In this document: one piece after another, positions 49,861 to 61,948 of the stretch
How positions within the stretch are numbered: the first letter of the stretch is position 1
Layout of the letters: the number at the start of each line of letters is the position of its first letter
Origin: Paraphysomonas bandaiensis
Taxonomy: Eukaryota; Protista; Chrysophyceae
Length of the DNA stretch: 64,000 bases
Direction of reading: 5' to 3'
Assembly: GCA_965644295.1 (NCBI GenBank)
Contig: CBFFRP010000348.1
Coordinates: 198,477-262,476, forward strand
Program-made: the position numbers and the translations under genes
The notes under the pieces: model-generated
The model's database searches: none
What the model saw: the letters and a program-made list of their open reading frames with translations, nothing else
Told to the model about the DNA's origin: nothing

Positions 49861-50606
49861 ATAGTACATGATACTGAAATTGCAACTTTCTATTATAGGA
49901 AGTACAAGTGCATTTCACAGAGTAATTTCACTAGATGAAGCAAACTTATATTGCATTCGAAACGTAACGTTGATCTCCTCTATTTATCTATCTGCGTTGC
50001 TATGTTACCATAGAATTTCATCTACTCAAACTAAGGCATTTCCATTTACTACAAAGAACAATAACGCTGTGGATGTGCAACTCACATAATATTAGATTCT
50101 ATGTTTTGGCTTTCAGAAATAGAACCATATTTTTTTACTGATGATTTCCCCTGTCACAAGAGAGTTATTATTCACCGATTCCTCATGCTTATAAGCAGTT
50201 GCACGATCGTCTAACACGCCACCCACCGTCTATCTGGTATAGCAGACTAGAGTGGGAAGAAATGCAGTGTGCAGGTGACGCCATGACGTATCCTGTACTG
50301 GGAAACTAGGAATCCACTAATGCGGAGGACATGATCTGATGATGCCTGCTGATCATCAAGATACAGGCCAAGGAGCGGATCTGTGGTATACATTGCGTAT
50401 ATAGACTGTATACCTGGAGTTGGTATCCGATATACGGTAGAGTATTCATCGTATACCAGTATGTGCTGTATACCAGTGGTATAGAACTATACCGTATACG
50501 GGTCAGAAGAGACCACTGAAAGGGGCCGGAACAGGTGCGTCCATGACAGCACTTCCATGAGGCACTGTGGGTCATACACAGCAGACTATCGGCTCCACGA
50601 AGTGCG

Positions 50607-51713
50607 ATGAACCATCGCGCCACCGCCTTTTCGTTATTAATGCAGAAAGGTAACGCGAGAGGGTCAGCTATGGATTCTATGGATGCCTCCAGTGCTGCGG
50701 GCCTGCACTACCCCTGCTCCAATGTTAGTATATATAATTCCCAGCAACCAAGCCAAATATATTCATCCTCTCATCAGCATAGCTTTCTTTACCCTCCTTC
50801 GTACCCTGTGCAACCGAGTTATGTGTCTTATATACCACATTATCAAGCACCGTCTACCACACCTGTTAGTGCTCCTGATCGTGATTCGACGCCCATGTGG
50901 TACTGTGACCCTTGTGAGAAGGAGTTCCTCAACGAGCGAGCATACGAATCGCACGTGTCCAGTCACGACCAATGTACTCATCCCGGTTGTAAGTTTTCTG
51001 CCACAAAGCGGGTCGTGGCAGTTCATTATCAAACCTGCCATGGCGCTTATAGTGGCAGTGGATACAAAGACATAGAGGTCGAGGGACAGCGATTTCGTGT
51101 TCTAATGGGTACAAACCCAAATGAAGTTGAGGAATGGCGTAATATGCGAAGAAAAAAATTTCCAACGGCCGCGAATGCCAATGCAAAGGCTGGGGCACTA
51201 GACAACCTGATAGCTGCCGGCGGACTACCACCAAGTGACTGTGGTAGAAAGGAGTCCAGGAAGCGGGGTAGGGAGAACGAGAGTTCTTCCATGCCAGCCC
51301 GGCCCCCTCCTCCTTGTAGTCTACTTGCCATGGTGCAGGAATACGGGAGTGATGATGACGAGCTAGCGGATACAACTGTACAATCTCCCCAAACCGCTAC
51401 TAACGAGACCAAGAGTGGCACAAAGATATGCTCTTTTTATGCTCGCGGAAAGTGCCGTAAGGGATCAAATTGCAAGTTTCGACACGTATCTCCCGAGGGG
51501 TCATGTTCGAATTCAACTGCGGAATCGAAGCAAGCCCAGAAGTCGAAAAATAAAGAAAAGAAAGGTCTTAAAATCCCACCGCTTCTTGACGGATCCGGAC
51601 CTCAAGGAACTTTGTACAAAAAACTCTTAGAGAAAGAAATTCATAGAGAAGAGAGCATACTACTTCAGTGTATTAGATACATGATTACTCAGGATTATTT
51701 TCAAGAAAGTTAA
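50607..51713 (+). CDS. NUFIP1: NUFIP1/Rsa1-like snoRNP assembly factor with C2H2 and CCCH zinc fingers
   Basis: CDPCEKEF..H..HDQCTHPGCKFSA..H, PEP motif PNEVEEWRNMRRKKFPT, CCCH finger CSFYARGKCRKGSNCKFRH, and LYKKLLEKEIHREESILLQCIRY. Confidence 0.85.
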   Translation: MNHRATAFSLLMQKGNARGSAMDSMDASSAAGLHYPCSNVSIYNSQQPSQIYSSSHQHSFLYPPSYPVQPSYVSYIPHYQAPSTTPVSAPDRDSTPMWYCDPCEKEFLNERAYESHVSSHDQCTHPGCKFSATKRVVAVHYQTCHGAYSGSGYKDIEVEGQRFRVLMGTNPNEVEEWRNMRRKKFPTAANANAKAGALDNLIAAGGLPPSDCGRKESRKRGRENESSSMPARPPPPCSLLAMVQEYGSDDDELADTTVQSPQTATNETKSGTKICSFYARGKCRKGSNCKFRHVSPEGSCSNSTAESKQAQKSKNKEKKGLKIPPLLDGSGPQGTLYKKLLEKEIHREESILLQCIRYMITQDYFQES

Positions 51714-52957
51714 TTGCTTAATAAGTCATGATATGTTTAAAGTAATTTGAGAAATTTAATCTGTGAGAATCATTCATTTCCATATCAGATATTTAAACTG
51801 ATTATAATTTATACGTGGACTAGATAATTATACACTAATACGTATCCATGTAGAGTATAGAGTGCTTGTCTAACACAGAGAAAGTAAGGGAGAACGGAGT
51901 AAGCAGTAAGCAACAGCAATCAATGGTATAAGTTCGTAGCTAGGAACGAATACATGCATGCTGCAAATATTAATTTTGTCTCTGGGCTTGCTTGAAAAAT
52001 TATATAAAGCCCACAAGTAGCAAGCAGGTTCTAAAATGGGGCTCAGATTCAAGAGAAATGCCTTACAATTTTCATTTTGCAAAGGATGGAGAAAATACTT
52101 CAACGAAGATTAGATTCGAGTACACAAATAACCCATAGGCCTCTGAATTGCTGTAGTAATCATAAACCAGTGCATAAACTCTCTAATCTCAGTCTACATA
52201 GTAGTCACAAGAAATTTCGTATGGATTAAAATGAAATGTGAGCTTTAATTCAGTCATAACTACATTGGCGACTACGGCCATCATACACAGCGTTTACTAT
52301 TGATTAATAAACAAACTACAAATCTCACTAGCCACAAGCTTCTAACATGATATAACTATATAAGCGAGCGGTACAGCGAAATGCCCAATCCAATTTACAC
52401 CATTTTGTGGACGGGGCTCGTATCTCCACTACCAATAACTTAATTTTCGGACGAAAGTTCTCTCTCTGGGTGCATGAGAGTAACACAGTGTAGTGACGGT
52501 ATTATATGTCGTTATCTTGCTCTCAAATATGGTGTATAACTTGCCACTCACTTTCTCTGTGGTGTATACGATAACGAATTGTATAGGCTTCAATGGTAAA
52601 ACCCCATATGTGATTCACTATTATGCAGTATCTTCACTGGATGCACAAGTTTATAATACTCGCTTTAAGTAATAACGTGTCATAAAGTTACTATTTTTAC
52701 TCATAAAGTTACTATTTAAGTTATAACGAGTATCAAATGGCTGGATATCAATCTATGCATAGCTAGAAGATATGTCCTTGTTACTCACCAGCAGCAGACC
52801 GCTGATAGTGTTGTGTGCTGTACAGCCGCCCTGTTTTTGTGAGGTGTGGGCACCGAAGTGTAACCCCCGGTGTGTCTTCTACAGCACTTAACTCCAGTAT
52901 AAGATACACGAAACACTCTCATGAGCAGGTGAGTGTATGACGTGAAGTGGAGGACAG

Positions 52958-53923
52958 ATGCCTGCTTCGTCCAAGATAAGCACAAGTGTAAGTTGCGAAC
53001 CTGAAGAGGTTCAGACCGAGAAAACTCCGAATACAAATACCGTCAGATGGCGTATGTTTCTGGAACCGCTGAATCTGATTGCGTATTTGGATGATATTGT
53101 AGATGCTGATGTTAACTTCGCTGCGATGGTTGATGTGGGACGTCAGAATGCTTATTTGCTAGATAAATGGTTACAGGAATTGAATTTTCCAGTAGAGAAG
53201 CGGATATTATTGACTCAGAAGTTTCTCTCTGATGATATCGAGGATATTTTATCATATGACGAAGATTCATCTAAAAAATCTCGTAAATCTATTTGGTGGT
53301 ATGGGGTGCCATTGGTAAACATAGTATATGATGTTCTCTTTGATGAGGCACCCACCATAGACACCATAAAAGATTTCCTCAATATGTTCGGCTTGATGGG
53401 TGCATTAGTATTCACAGTGGCGGTTACACTGCCATTATCTTTTGACTATGAGGTGTTTGAAGGCGTGATCGAAAGGTGGGGACCAGGAGGGGTGTATGAT
53501 GGTTGTTGGACAGATGGATATGCCCAGATTGAATATTTTATCTACCATTGCACTCTGGCAACAACATTTTGTTTCTTGGCAGTAATTCTAGTTCTATTGT
53601 ATTACTTGGTATTGGTAAATTTGAAAATGAAATCAGCAAAGGCATTGGAGGTGTGGTGGCTCTACACGAAATGGGTGGTCGTGATAATATTTATATTGTT
53701 GGTGGTTGGAGTATGGGCCACATTCATGGCTCTCCAGAATGTGACAGAATGGAACGTTCCTAACCGAAAAGCTATCGACCAAGACTGTACGCATATACTG
53801 CAGGAAAACGATAATGTATGGGGAACATCTGTCCACACGGTGGTTATCAGTTGTTGTACTATCCTGACCCTATGCATAGCCATATTGTCACTTGCCATTC
53901 GTATGAAGTCCAAACAAGATTAA
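52958..53923 (+). CDS. Intronless multi-pass (about 4 TM) membrane protein of unknown function, weakly PGG-domain-like
   Basis: 321-aa ORF with four hydrophobic helices starting at MFGLMGALVFTVAVTLP. Confidence 0.65.
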   Translation: MPASSKISTSVSCEPEEVQTEKTPNTNTVRWRMFLEPLNLIAYLDDIVDADVNFAAMVDVGRQNAYLLDKWLQELNFPVEKRILLTQKFLSDDIEDILSYDEDSSKKSRKSIWWYGVPLVNIVYDVLFDEAPTIDTIKDFLNMFGLMGALVFTVAVTLPLSFDYEVFEGVIERWGPGGVYDGCWTDGYAQIEYFIYHCTLATTFCFLAVILVLLYYLVLVNLKMKSAKALEVWWLYTKWVVVIIFILLVVGVWATFMALQNVTEWNVPNRKAIDQDCTHILQENDNVWGTSVHTVVISCCTILTLCIAILSLAIRMKSKQD

Positions 53924-55482
53924 CTTTTTAAATTTTGTGCATATTATTTATTTATAAATTATACAATTGAACAGTTGTTATTTACGTAAAGGACAATTGC
54001 TTTAATGGAGCTTTTCCGAAACGATTGACTTGATTGAAATGGAGTAATATTCAGTTTTAATTAACCAATTGTTTTGTATTGATATTTTTCTGTAACTTAT
54101 TGATTTTTTCACTACATTCAATAAATATGTATTTCAATGATACCTGGAGGTAATGTATGCTAGCACGTATTGATAGAGATAGTTAACCCATGAGTAATAG
54201 GTATGATTTTATCGTGCCTACAGGTGAAAGATATAGGGAATTATATATTGATTGGTAGACCGACAAGAAATTCCATCAATATTGTTTCTGTTGAAGTAGC
54301 TGACATTGTAGTCCATATACACCGCAAGCTTCTTAATATAAGCTCCTGTGTGTAAATATGAGTCCATGTTCTGACAGTGATAACAACAACAGAGGATGAT
54401 GAGGCTGATGTTGACTATGCGGAAAAAACTCTTCATTCAGCATAAATAATAAAGAAACAAAAGTTGATATATGAGTACAGGTGCACGAGTCATGTCGTAG
54501 CTATGTACTTGCCATACATGTGAACCCCTGTTCAGCGCAGCAAAACTGATTATATCAGTGTTGCGCAAACATATGCATCCTACTATCTACTAAATTTAAT
54601 ATGCAGTTATTTCAGAAAGCTAATCGAAAATTGTGGCCGGATGCAAGAATAATTTTGAATGAATATGGTGGTGATGACTCAGAGGATAAGATTGAGAAAA
54701 ATAGTTAATAGCTGAGCAGTAGTGGGTGTGATTATCATGTGATCTTAATGACTAGTACTTATTATGGAATCTACAGAGGGGTTTACATATTACGGAACGC
54801 CGTCCAACAATACTATTGCAATATGTTGTCCCCTACCCCAGATAGGCACCCATTGTAGGTGGTGTCCCGTGGAGTACATATAGGTAGGTACCTTATAGGT
54901 ATCGAAGTCGCAGGATCTATGGGTACCTGGGTACCTAATATGGCACGCGGATGTACAACAACAAAAACGTGGACAATAATTGATTTCATCGAAATATACG
55001 GCGAACACTATCAATTAGATTAGATTTGAAGTGGAAACCATCAGAGATATATATGACAAAGAGCCCATGTCCATCATAGAAAGGTGTGTATCAGTGTCAG
55101 GGTTGTCCATGCAGCAGGAAGGGACAGCACATGTCCACCAGACAGCCCAGGGGTATTAAATGACGGTATACCGCCGTATATGGTACACCACAGAGCAGTG
55201 CTGTACTGCTGTATGCCACTCCAACTGCTACATAACTGGGTTGAAAATACAGTACATACAGCAGACTACAGCGGTGGGTGTGTTGCTAATCTCAACGTTC
55301 ACTACGAGCTCTGCTCACTGCTCTGCTCTCACATGCATATCTATCCATCTCACTATACCACACTGCACACACTCAACACTCTCGTCTGGCTGCTCATTAT
55401 TATTTACTAGAGCTCTGCAGCGAAACCTTTCATCAGATAAAACTTCAATACTCGGAACAAGACGATAATTTAGCGTGTTCTA

Positions 55483-56262
55483 ATGGATGATTTATTGTCA
55501 ATGGAAGACAGGTGCTGTGCTGCTAACTGACGCACTTGTGTCGCCTTATCGTTTCATTGACAGATGTCACGCGTTGTATGAGATCGCTCGTGCCAGAGAA
55601 GCTGAAATCGATGAGCTGAGAAAGTTTTCTGTAGTCGAAAGAGATGTGCTGCAGTCTGAAATTCTTGCTGCTCGTGAGGCTGATATGGTGAACCAGAGCA
55701 GAGTTGAGACGCTCGAGAGACACGTTATGCTTTTGGAAGATGAAAAGGTGACTGTTGAATTATTTTATGGTCGTGTTTTACATTTTGTTAGTCCAAAATG
55801 TTGGAAATAAGAATGAGTATGTCTGCTATATCAGCATCAGACAAAGCCTGCAGCCCCATCAAAATGCCTGGAACAGTTCATTCACACGCATCCACTCAAT
55901 CAGTTGAGTATGATGATGTCTCATCCACTGAACCGCAAAAGGAAGGTGTTACTGAGAAAGATATAAGTTTAGACCATCAGGACATGGTTGCAGAAGTTGC
56001 CATGTTACGCCGTCAACTGGCAGTAGCTCGTGTGCAGCTGAATCAGGCTTCGACTGAACGGTCCTTTTTAAGAAAACTAGAAGTCGAAGATGCAAATATT
56101 ATTGTATCTGACTTAAATACAGGGGAAATATCTGCAGCTACGAAGAGTGATTCTAAACTTTCCAGAGGAAAGAAAAGTCTCAAAGAGAATTGCGATGTGA
56201 TTAGAATAGTTGATAGTGATGAGTATGCATCACTACATCGTATATTCCCCCTTTGTTTATAG
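55483..56262 (+). CDS. Hypothetical coiled-coil protein, three exons
   Basis: Splices to MDDLLSMEDRCHALYEIARAREAEIDELRK...LLEDEK|SKMLEIRMS...EVAMLRRQLAVARVQLNQ with canonical GT-AG introns. Confidence 0.6.
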
Positions 56263-57460
56263 AAGTGTTGCTTGTGTTGTCGTTTAGTTGTATGATACGG
56301 AAATTGGAACGGATACTTCTCATATGTTTACCCCTATGGTAGAATCCGTGTTGGAAAACGTAATATATTGTAACACAGTTATGCACTCAAGTGATATTCA
56401 CTTCATAAAGATAATACGCTGGTATAGAAAGTACGTATTCATTTGTTGACAAAATAGATATTGAACTAGGAGGTGTGGGGTAGGGACTCTTCCCCAAGGT
56501 TACTGGTTTGCTCCTAACTGGTCAAACTTCGGAAGGTGTTTACATTCCGAACTACTTGCGGAACAACTATCTGCTACGCTGTAATTTGACATCATATGAG
56601 AAGTATTAACTTAACAACGGAAGGTAAACTTATACCCAATGCTAAGAATTATAATTGTAATCAATATCTCTTATCATTTATCAATTCATGTTGTCTCTCC
56701 TCTCTATTCACTCCTCTCTACTACCACATACTACATACCACACATTTCTTGTACGATCTTACTTCGTCACTACAATCCTCATCGTCATTATATTCCACTT
56801 TACTAGATATACATATCGTCATTAATTCTCACAGTACGATTAATAAGAGTACAACTGTATATTACTGTAATTTAAATACCTTACAATTACAATTGCTCTC
56901 ATCTCTCATATATAGCAGATAGTAGAACTCAACAAATTCACGACTCAGGTTTGCATGTAGAGCAAGGCTATTAACTTCAGTGTTCAGTGTAATATCAATG
57001 CAAATTTAAGCTTAGTGATAGTAAGAAGAATTTTGCGATTCTTAGAGCGTAAAGTGATGAACACAGTAATGTTGAAAAGTGAATAATAATGTAGAACATC
57101 ACACACAACGAAATAGTTAGAAGTATAACTGACAATGACGATCGTTATGATGGCGATCAAGTATCTTCAACAGATAGAATCATTAATTCAGTTCATGATA
57201 TATTTCATTGAACATTACATTTCACATATTCTATCATATATTAAGATGAATCCTAATAATATCCAAATCTAACGTAGTATATGTAGTATAAGACATAAAA
57301 CTATAATTAATTTTGATTTCATTGCGGTAATGAAATACATTAGATCCGATAATGCAAGATACAACATGCGCACCAGTACGAAGTATGACGACGAACAATT
57401 TAATTAAACTAATTCAATATAGCACTCTATACACTGAACATGAAAAATAAGTTGTGTAAA

Positions 57461-60400
57461 CTACGTTGATACTGTGCGATCCTCATCCTTGGACTCGCCC
57501 CAGTAGCCTTCAAAAGGAGGTAACGATGATTCTTCAACGATACTTTTATCAACACAATCTTGAGATAATTTTCTCCCACCAAAATAGGTTAATAACGATA
57601 CTTGTTGTTCTTTATCATTTCGAAGTGGAGTAACTTGATCCACACTGTTGGTTCGATGGGGAGATACGGATTCAGCTGGCACTACAGTGTCACATTTAAG
57701 CATACTGCGTTTACCCTTCTTCGCTTTCTGAGGTGTGTACGATATAGCAGGTACCTGAGCCCACATAAAAAATGGCACGGAGCATATATAATTCAACTGA
57801 CCTCTATTCCTAATTGTGATACAATGCTTTTATGAACAACCCATCGATATGACCCAACAGGATGTACATTCCCTGTAGCATCACCCTCGCCAGAGACACT
57901 TTCTCCCCGTCTACGTTCTGCGATCTCAAATATCTTCCTTCTAATCTGAACCTTTTGGGGGATAGTAGTTACAGTGGTATCTTGTTGCAGTAAGTCAACG
58001 AAGCCTTCCACTAACTTCGCGATACCATCTTTCTTGCCGTGAATGAAATTCACCAACATGGGAAGCTGTGAGAGGAAAATCAAAATAGCCGTTAGCAATT
58101 AGCAACACGTACCATGCTATCTTGAAAGCTCTTTGATTCCTTTGAGACTTCCACGGTACCACGTGAGGTGATGGCGTCACGCGCAGCAGTGTTACTTGGT
58201 GATAGTGCAAAAGGAGCATGGGAAGCATACTTTGACTCTAATACTACGGGCGTGCCTACGAACAGTGGGATAAACCCCTTGGGGTCGTGCTCAGGGGAGG
58301 GCGGGCAGTATCGCCCATTTACAACTGCAGTATAATTTCTCAGCTGGTTGCAATCAGAATCACCCGACATAGCGCTATTCGACGCAGTCTGTGAACTTGC
58401 GCTTGTCTTGCAGCTTAATCCACCTGTAACTGGAGATTGAATGAAGCGAACCCCAGCGATGCTGCACTTGAAGCTTTTAGTTCGGCTGTTTTGAGATTTC
58501 ATAGCCGTGGCTGCAACTGTCACCAGCGTTAAAGAGTTGAAATGCAATATGAAATATACACACCACAGTCAGGGTCATTATTGTCGCCCCCAGAAAACTC
58601 GATTTCGTCGTCACGACAAAAGAAATCATCGTAAACGATATCGTTCCCCTCTTCGTCATCTTCATTGTCTGACATGGCAATATCTTCCCCTACATGCAAA
58701 CATAAATCATATAAAGATGCGCCCGAAAACTACGAATTAAGGACGCACCGTCAGGGTCTTCCTCTTCCCACTCTGCCTCACTGTCATAGTCGTAATTCAT
58801 AATGGAGCAATCTTTTGCAAATGGCCGCCGGCCATTAACAACACGACTTCTCTTACTGTATGTACCACTGGGAAAAGTTAGGCACGAAAAACTGCATTTG
58901 GCGGACTTACTAGTAGGGCGGGCGATAGTCTTCGGCGAAGCTAAATAACCTCTTACGGCTGTCGACAACTACATCCTTTAATTCCGAGTAATAGTTTCCT
59001 GCGAGGTCGAAAGCAGTCGCGGCGTTGGACGGGGATACAGATACCGTAACAGAAAGTACTCGTGGTTTTCGCAATGTCTTGCGATTACTTTTCGAACAAC
59101 TCCGTGAAGACGTAACAGCATATCTAAGACACAACTGAGAAAATTACAACTAGTGAAAGGTAACTAACCGAGATCTATAAGAATTGCTGACATCGGCCAT
59201 TGACATACCGCTGGCCAAGGACTTCTCAAACTGAACAGAATCAAAACCACAAGAAGGGTTAGAATGACAGCTAACAGATCCCGGGCATGATGCACCAGGC
59301 TGACGAGGGGCAGAAGCTTCGCTCTGCTGCTGGTGCGTTGTAGGCTGAGAGTTGGCATCAGCACCTTTGTCCCGAGACTTGTGTGCTGGCCCCGAGCTCA
59401 AAAAATTCATTAAAAGATTTTTCTGCTTGAGAAGCGCTGTTTGCTGCTTGACCTGTTTCTCACTGCATACTTTAGCCTTCTTTTTCATTGATGATAAATC
59501 TGTAGTATCTTGCTCCCCAGAACCACGTGTTTCACACTTTTCAATATTCACAGGGCACGCGTTCTGTGCAGACATACAACTTTCAGACTGCTCCATCTGA
59601 GAAGCGGCTCTCTTTTGTGCAAGCTCCTTTTTTCTTTTTTCCTTTCTCTCTTGCTCTGCCACAATGGCTTCCCTTCTCCTTTCCATAGCCAGTTTCTTAT
59701 CAACCGCCCGTTGTATCTCCATGAGAGCCTTGCTAACTTTATCTTCAAGTTCCGAAATCTTAACCTCGTCTTTGCTGCTTATGCTCTGGGAGGTGGCGCT
59801 ATCTGCCATCGAGTTTTCATTTCGAAAAGCGCACTTCTTTAGCTCCTCAATGACCCGATGGATAGACTTCAGTGCTTTTCCACACCTAGTAAAATCTGCC
59901 TTAATGTTCTTCATCGTCTCCTGCGCCGCAGAATCCATGGTAACTCTATTTTCCGAGGGCATGGATACCACCTGAATCACATTTTCAGAACGTATGGTAA
60001 TGCTACTTTTAAATACACACCTCCCATCTCCAGAGTGCAACCAATGACGAATCTTCGAACACACTGCTCGATTTCGTTTCTTGTGGGCTGCGATATCCAT
60101 AGGACTTACGCGCTGCTGAAGTTTTAATACTTTCCCCTAGTGCAAGAGGGTTCAGCCAGTGTGCTGACACGGGTGTGAGGTCGAGGCTATCGACAGACGG
60201 ACCAGCAAGTAACTCTGAGAGCTCATCGATGAGCTCAGATACTACTTGTGACAATGTATCCGAAGAATCTTGTAGAGCGAAGGCGATATACCGACGGACA
60301 GAGGAGTCAAGCTCATCAGCGGGGGACCCTACATCAAGTCCGCCATCGCTGTCACGAGTCAAAGGCAAAGATCTCTCGCCCCGCCACAGAGCCCGTATGG

Positions 60401-61336
60401 CTTCACCCTCCCTCCTTCTGTCCTCTGCCAGTAAACTCCTGACAGCGCTGAAGAGAGCGTTAGAGGGAAATATATATAAGGTAATACCCACCGTTGATTA
60501 GCTTTCAGTCCATCCATAACCTCTTGCTCGCGTTTGAGTAGTATATCTACTCTTAATGAAACATCAGGAGGCAGTGGTTTAGACACTTCCATTGGTACAG
60601 TCGCAGGGTCCACATCTGAATTGTTAGAGTCATTGTCAGAAGTCTTCAATTGAGACTCAGAAGGGGCCTTCCTGCGCACCCTCTTTTTCCTGTGGTCAGA
60701 TGACAGCTTTGGGTCCTTTACTTGCTCAGGTTGAGGTTTAGAATTAGATACATCAGCATCAACGGTTCCTTCACCCACCGACTCACAAGTAACAGCGGAG
60801 GGCATTGCTGAGCTTTCATTTGCATCGGGGGTAGACGCTACGACACCCGAGGTTGACAGCACAGCAGCTTCCGTAGTAACGAGTTCAGCACCACTTTCGT
60901 CCAGCTGCCGAGCATTAGAATCGTTATCATGTTTATCCTTTGCTGCAACATCGTTTTCATTGGCATCGACTTCTATTGGTTTACTCTGTACTTGAGATTT
61001 TGAAGCACGCGGTGGCCGGGCCGATTTACGCTTTGGTTTAGCTGAACTAGCTTTCACTGTAGCTTTTTTTGTAGATGTCTCGCGAAAGAGAACTTTATTT
61101 ACAGGCGTCATTTTGTTGTGGTCTGACTTCTCTCCCGACACATGAGCTCCTGTCACATCCACTACAGTGGGAGGGGTACTGGCGAGGGATGGGGGAATAG
61201 ATGAGAGAGGTTGGCCTAATGGCTTTGCTTTCTTCATGAAGAAAGAGGATATGCCAGGCTGCTGTACCTGTATATAAGTCACACCACCGCAACAACAACA
61301 ACACGCTCGTACCTTAGATGCAGAGGACTGTGACAT
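57461..61336 (-). CDS. CHAF1A: Chromatin assembly factor 1 large subunit (p150/Cac1/FAS1)
   Basis: SFAEDYRPPY|YGTYSKRSRVVNGRRPFAKDCSIMNYDYDSEAEWEEEDPDG, KER-like charged helix, C-terminal WHD-like LVNFIHG..KIFEIAER..RWVV, and PIP boxes. Confidence 0.9.
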
Positions 61337-61674
61337 GTCAACACAGTGATACCAACGACAGGATATACAATCAACAATGTTTCTATCTGCGTCTGTCTGT
61401 GTCTGTCTGCGTGTGTTTGAGTTAATGTGCGACCCAGCAGCAGTGTGTATGTGTGTCTGCATGTAGTGTACAGTGCGTGTGGACTCATATGTCCCCATCG
61501 CTCTCAAAAACACACATATCAAAATATTGAATTTCAAAAGATGAGAGCGAGTGGTATCTTGAGGGGGCGGCTCTATACAGCAGACTACGGATCTGTAGTA
61601 TAATCCAAACAAGTATGAATACACCCGTATACACAGTGTATTCTACGCAGAGAAAAATACGGTACTCGGTCGAA

Positions 61675-61934
61675 TGTTACGGATGTTACAAATCAATAAA
61701 CGGACGGAATACCCCCGTTGCTTTCACACAGTCTACACTACAGGTAGTCAAAGCAAGGTTCTCTTTATAGTTACTACAGAACTTCTCAGTAAGAGGAAAT
61801 TATGCCTCTATTCTACAGCCGTACACTACACACTGCATAATATAACACCATACACCTCTATGTGCCCTATGCATATCTTATACAGTCACTTCAAGTACTA
61901 AACTGAAAAGAACATCCTCTCATTCCTCTACGCA
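61675..61934 (-). repeat. Probable 3' LTR of the copia element (outer boundary tentative)
   Basis: On the minus strand it follows the PPT-like CACAGGGG just after the pol stop, begins TG(CGTAGAGG) and plausibly ends CCGTAACA. The partner LTR is outside the window. Confidence 0.45.
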
Positions 61935-61948
61935 CCCCTGTGATGTGT

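Noticed and set aside
50130-50360. TGATGA/CTGA words upstream of NUFIP1 suggesting a C/D snoRNA
   Set aside because: No properly spaced C and D boxes with a terminal stem or a recognisable rRNA guide.
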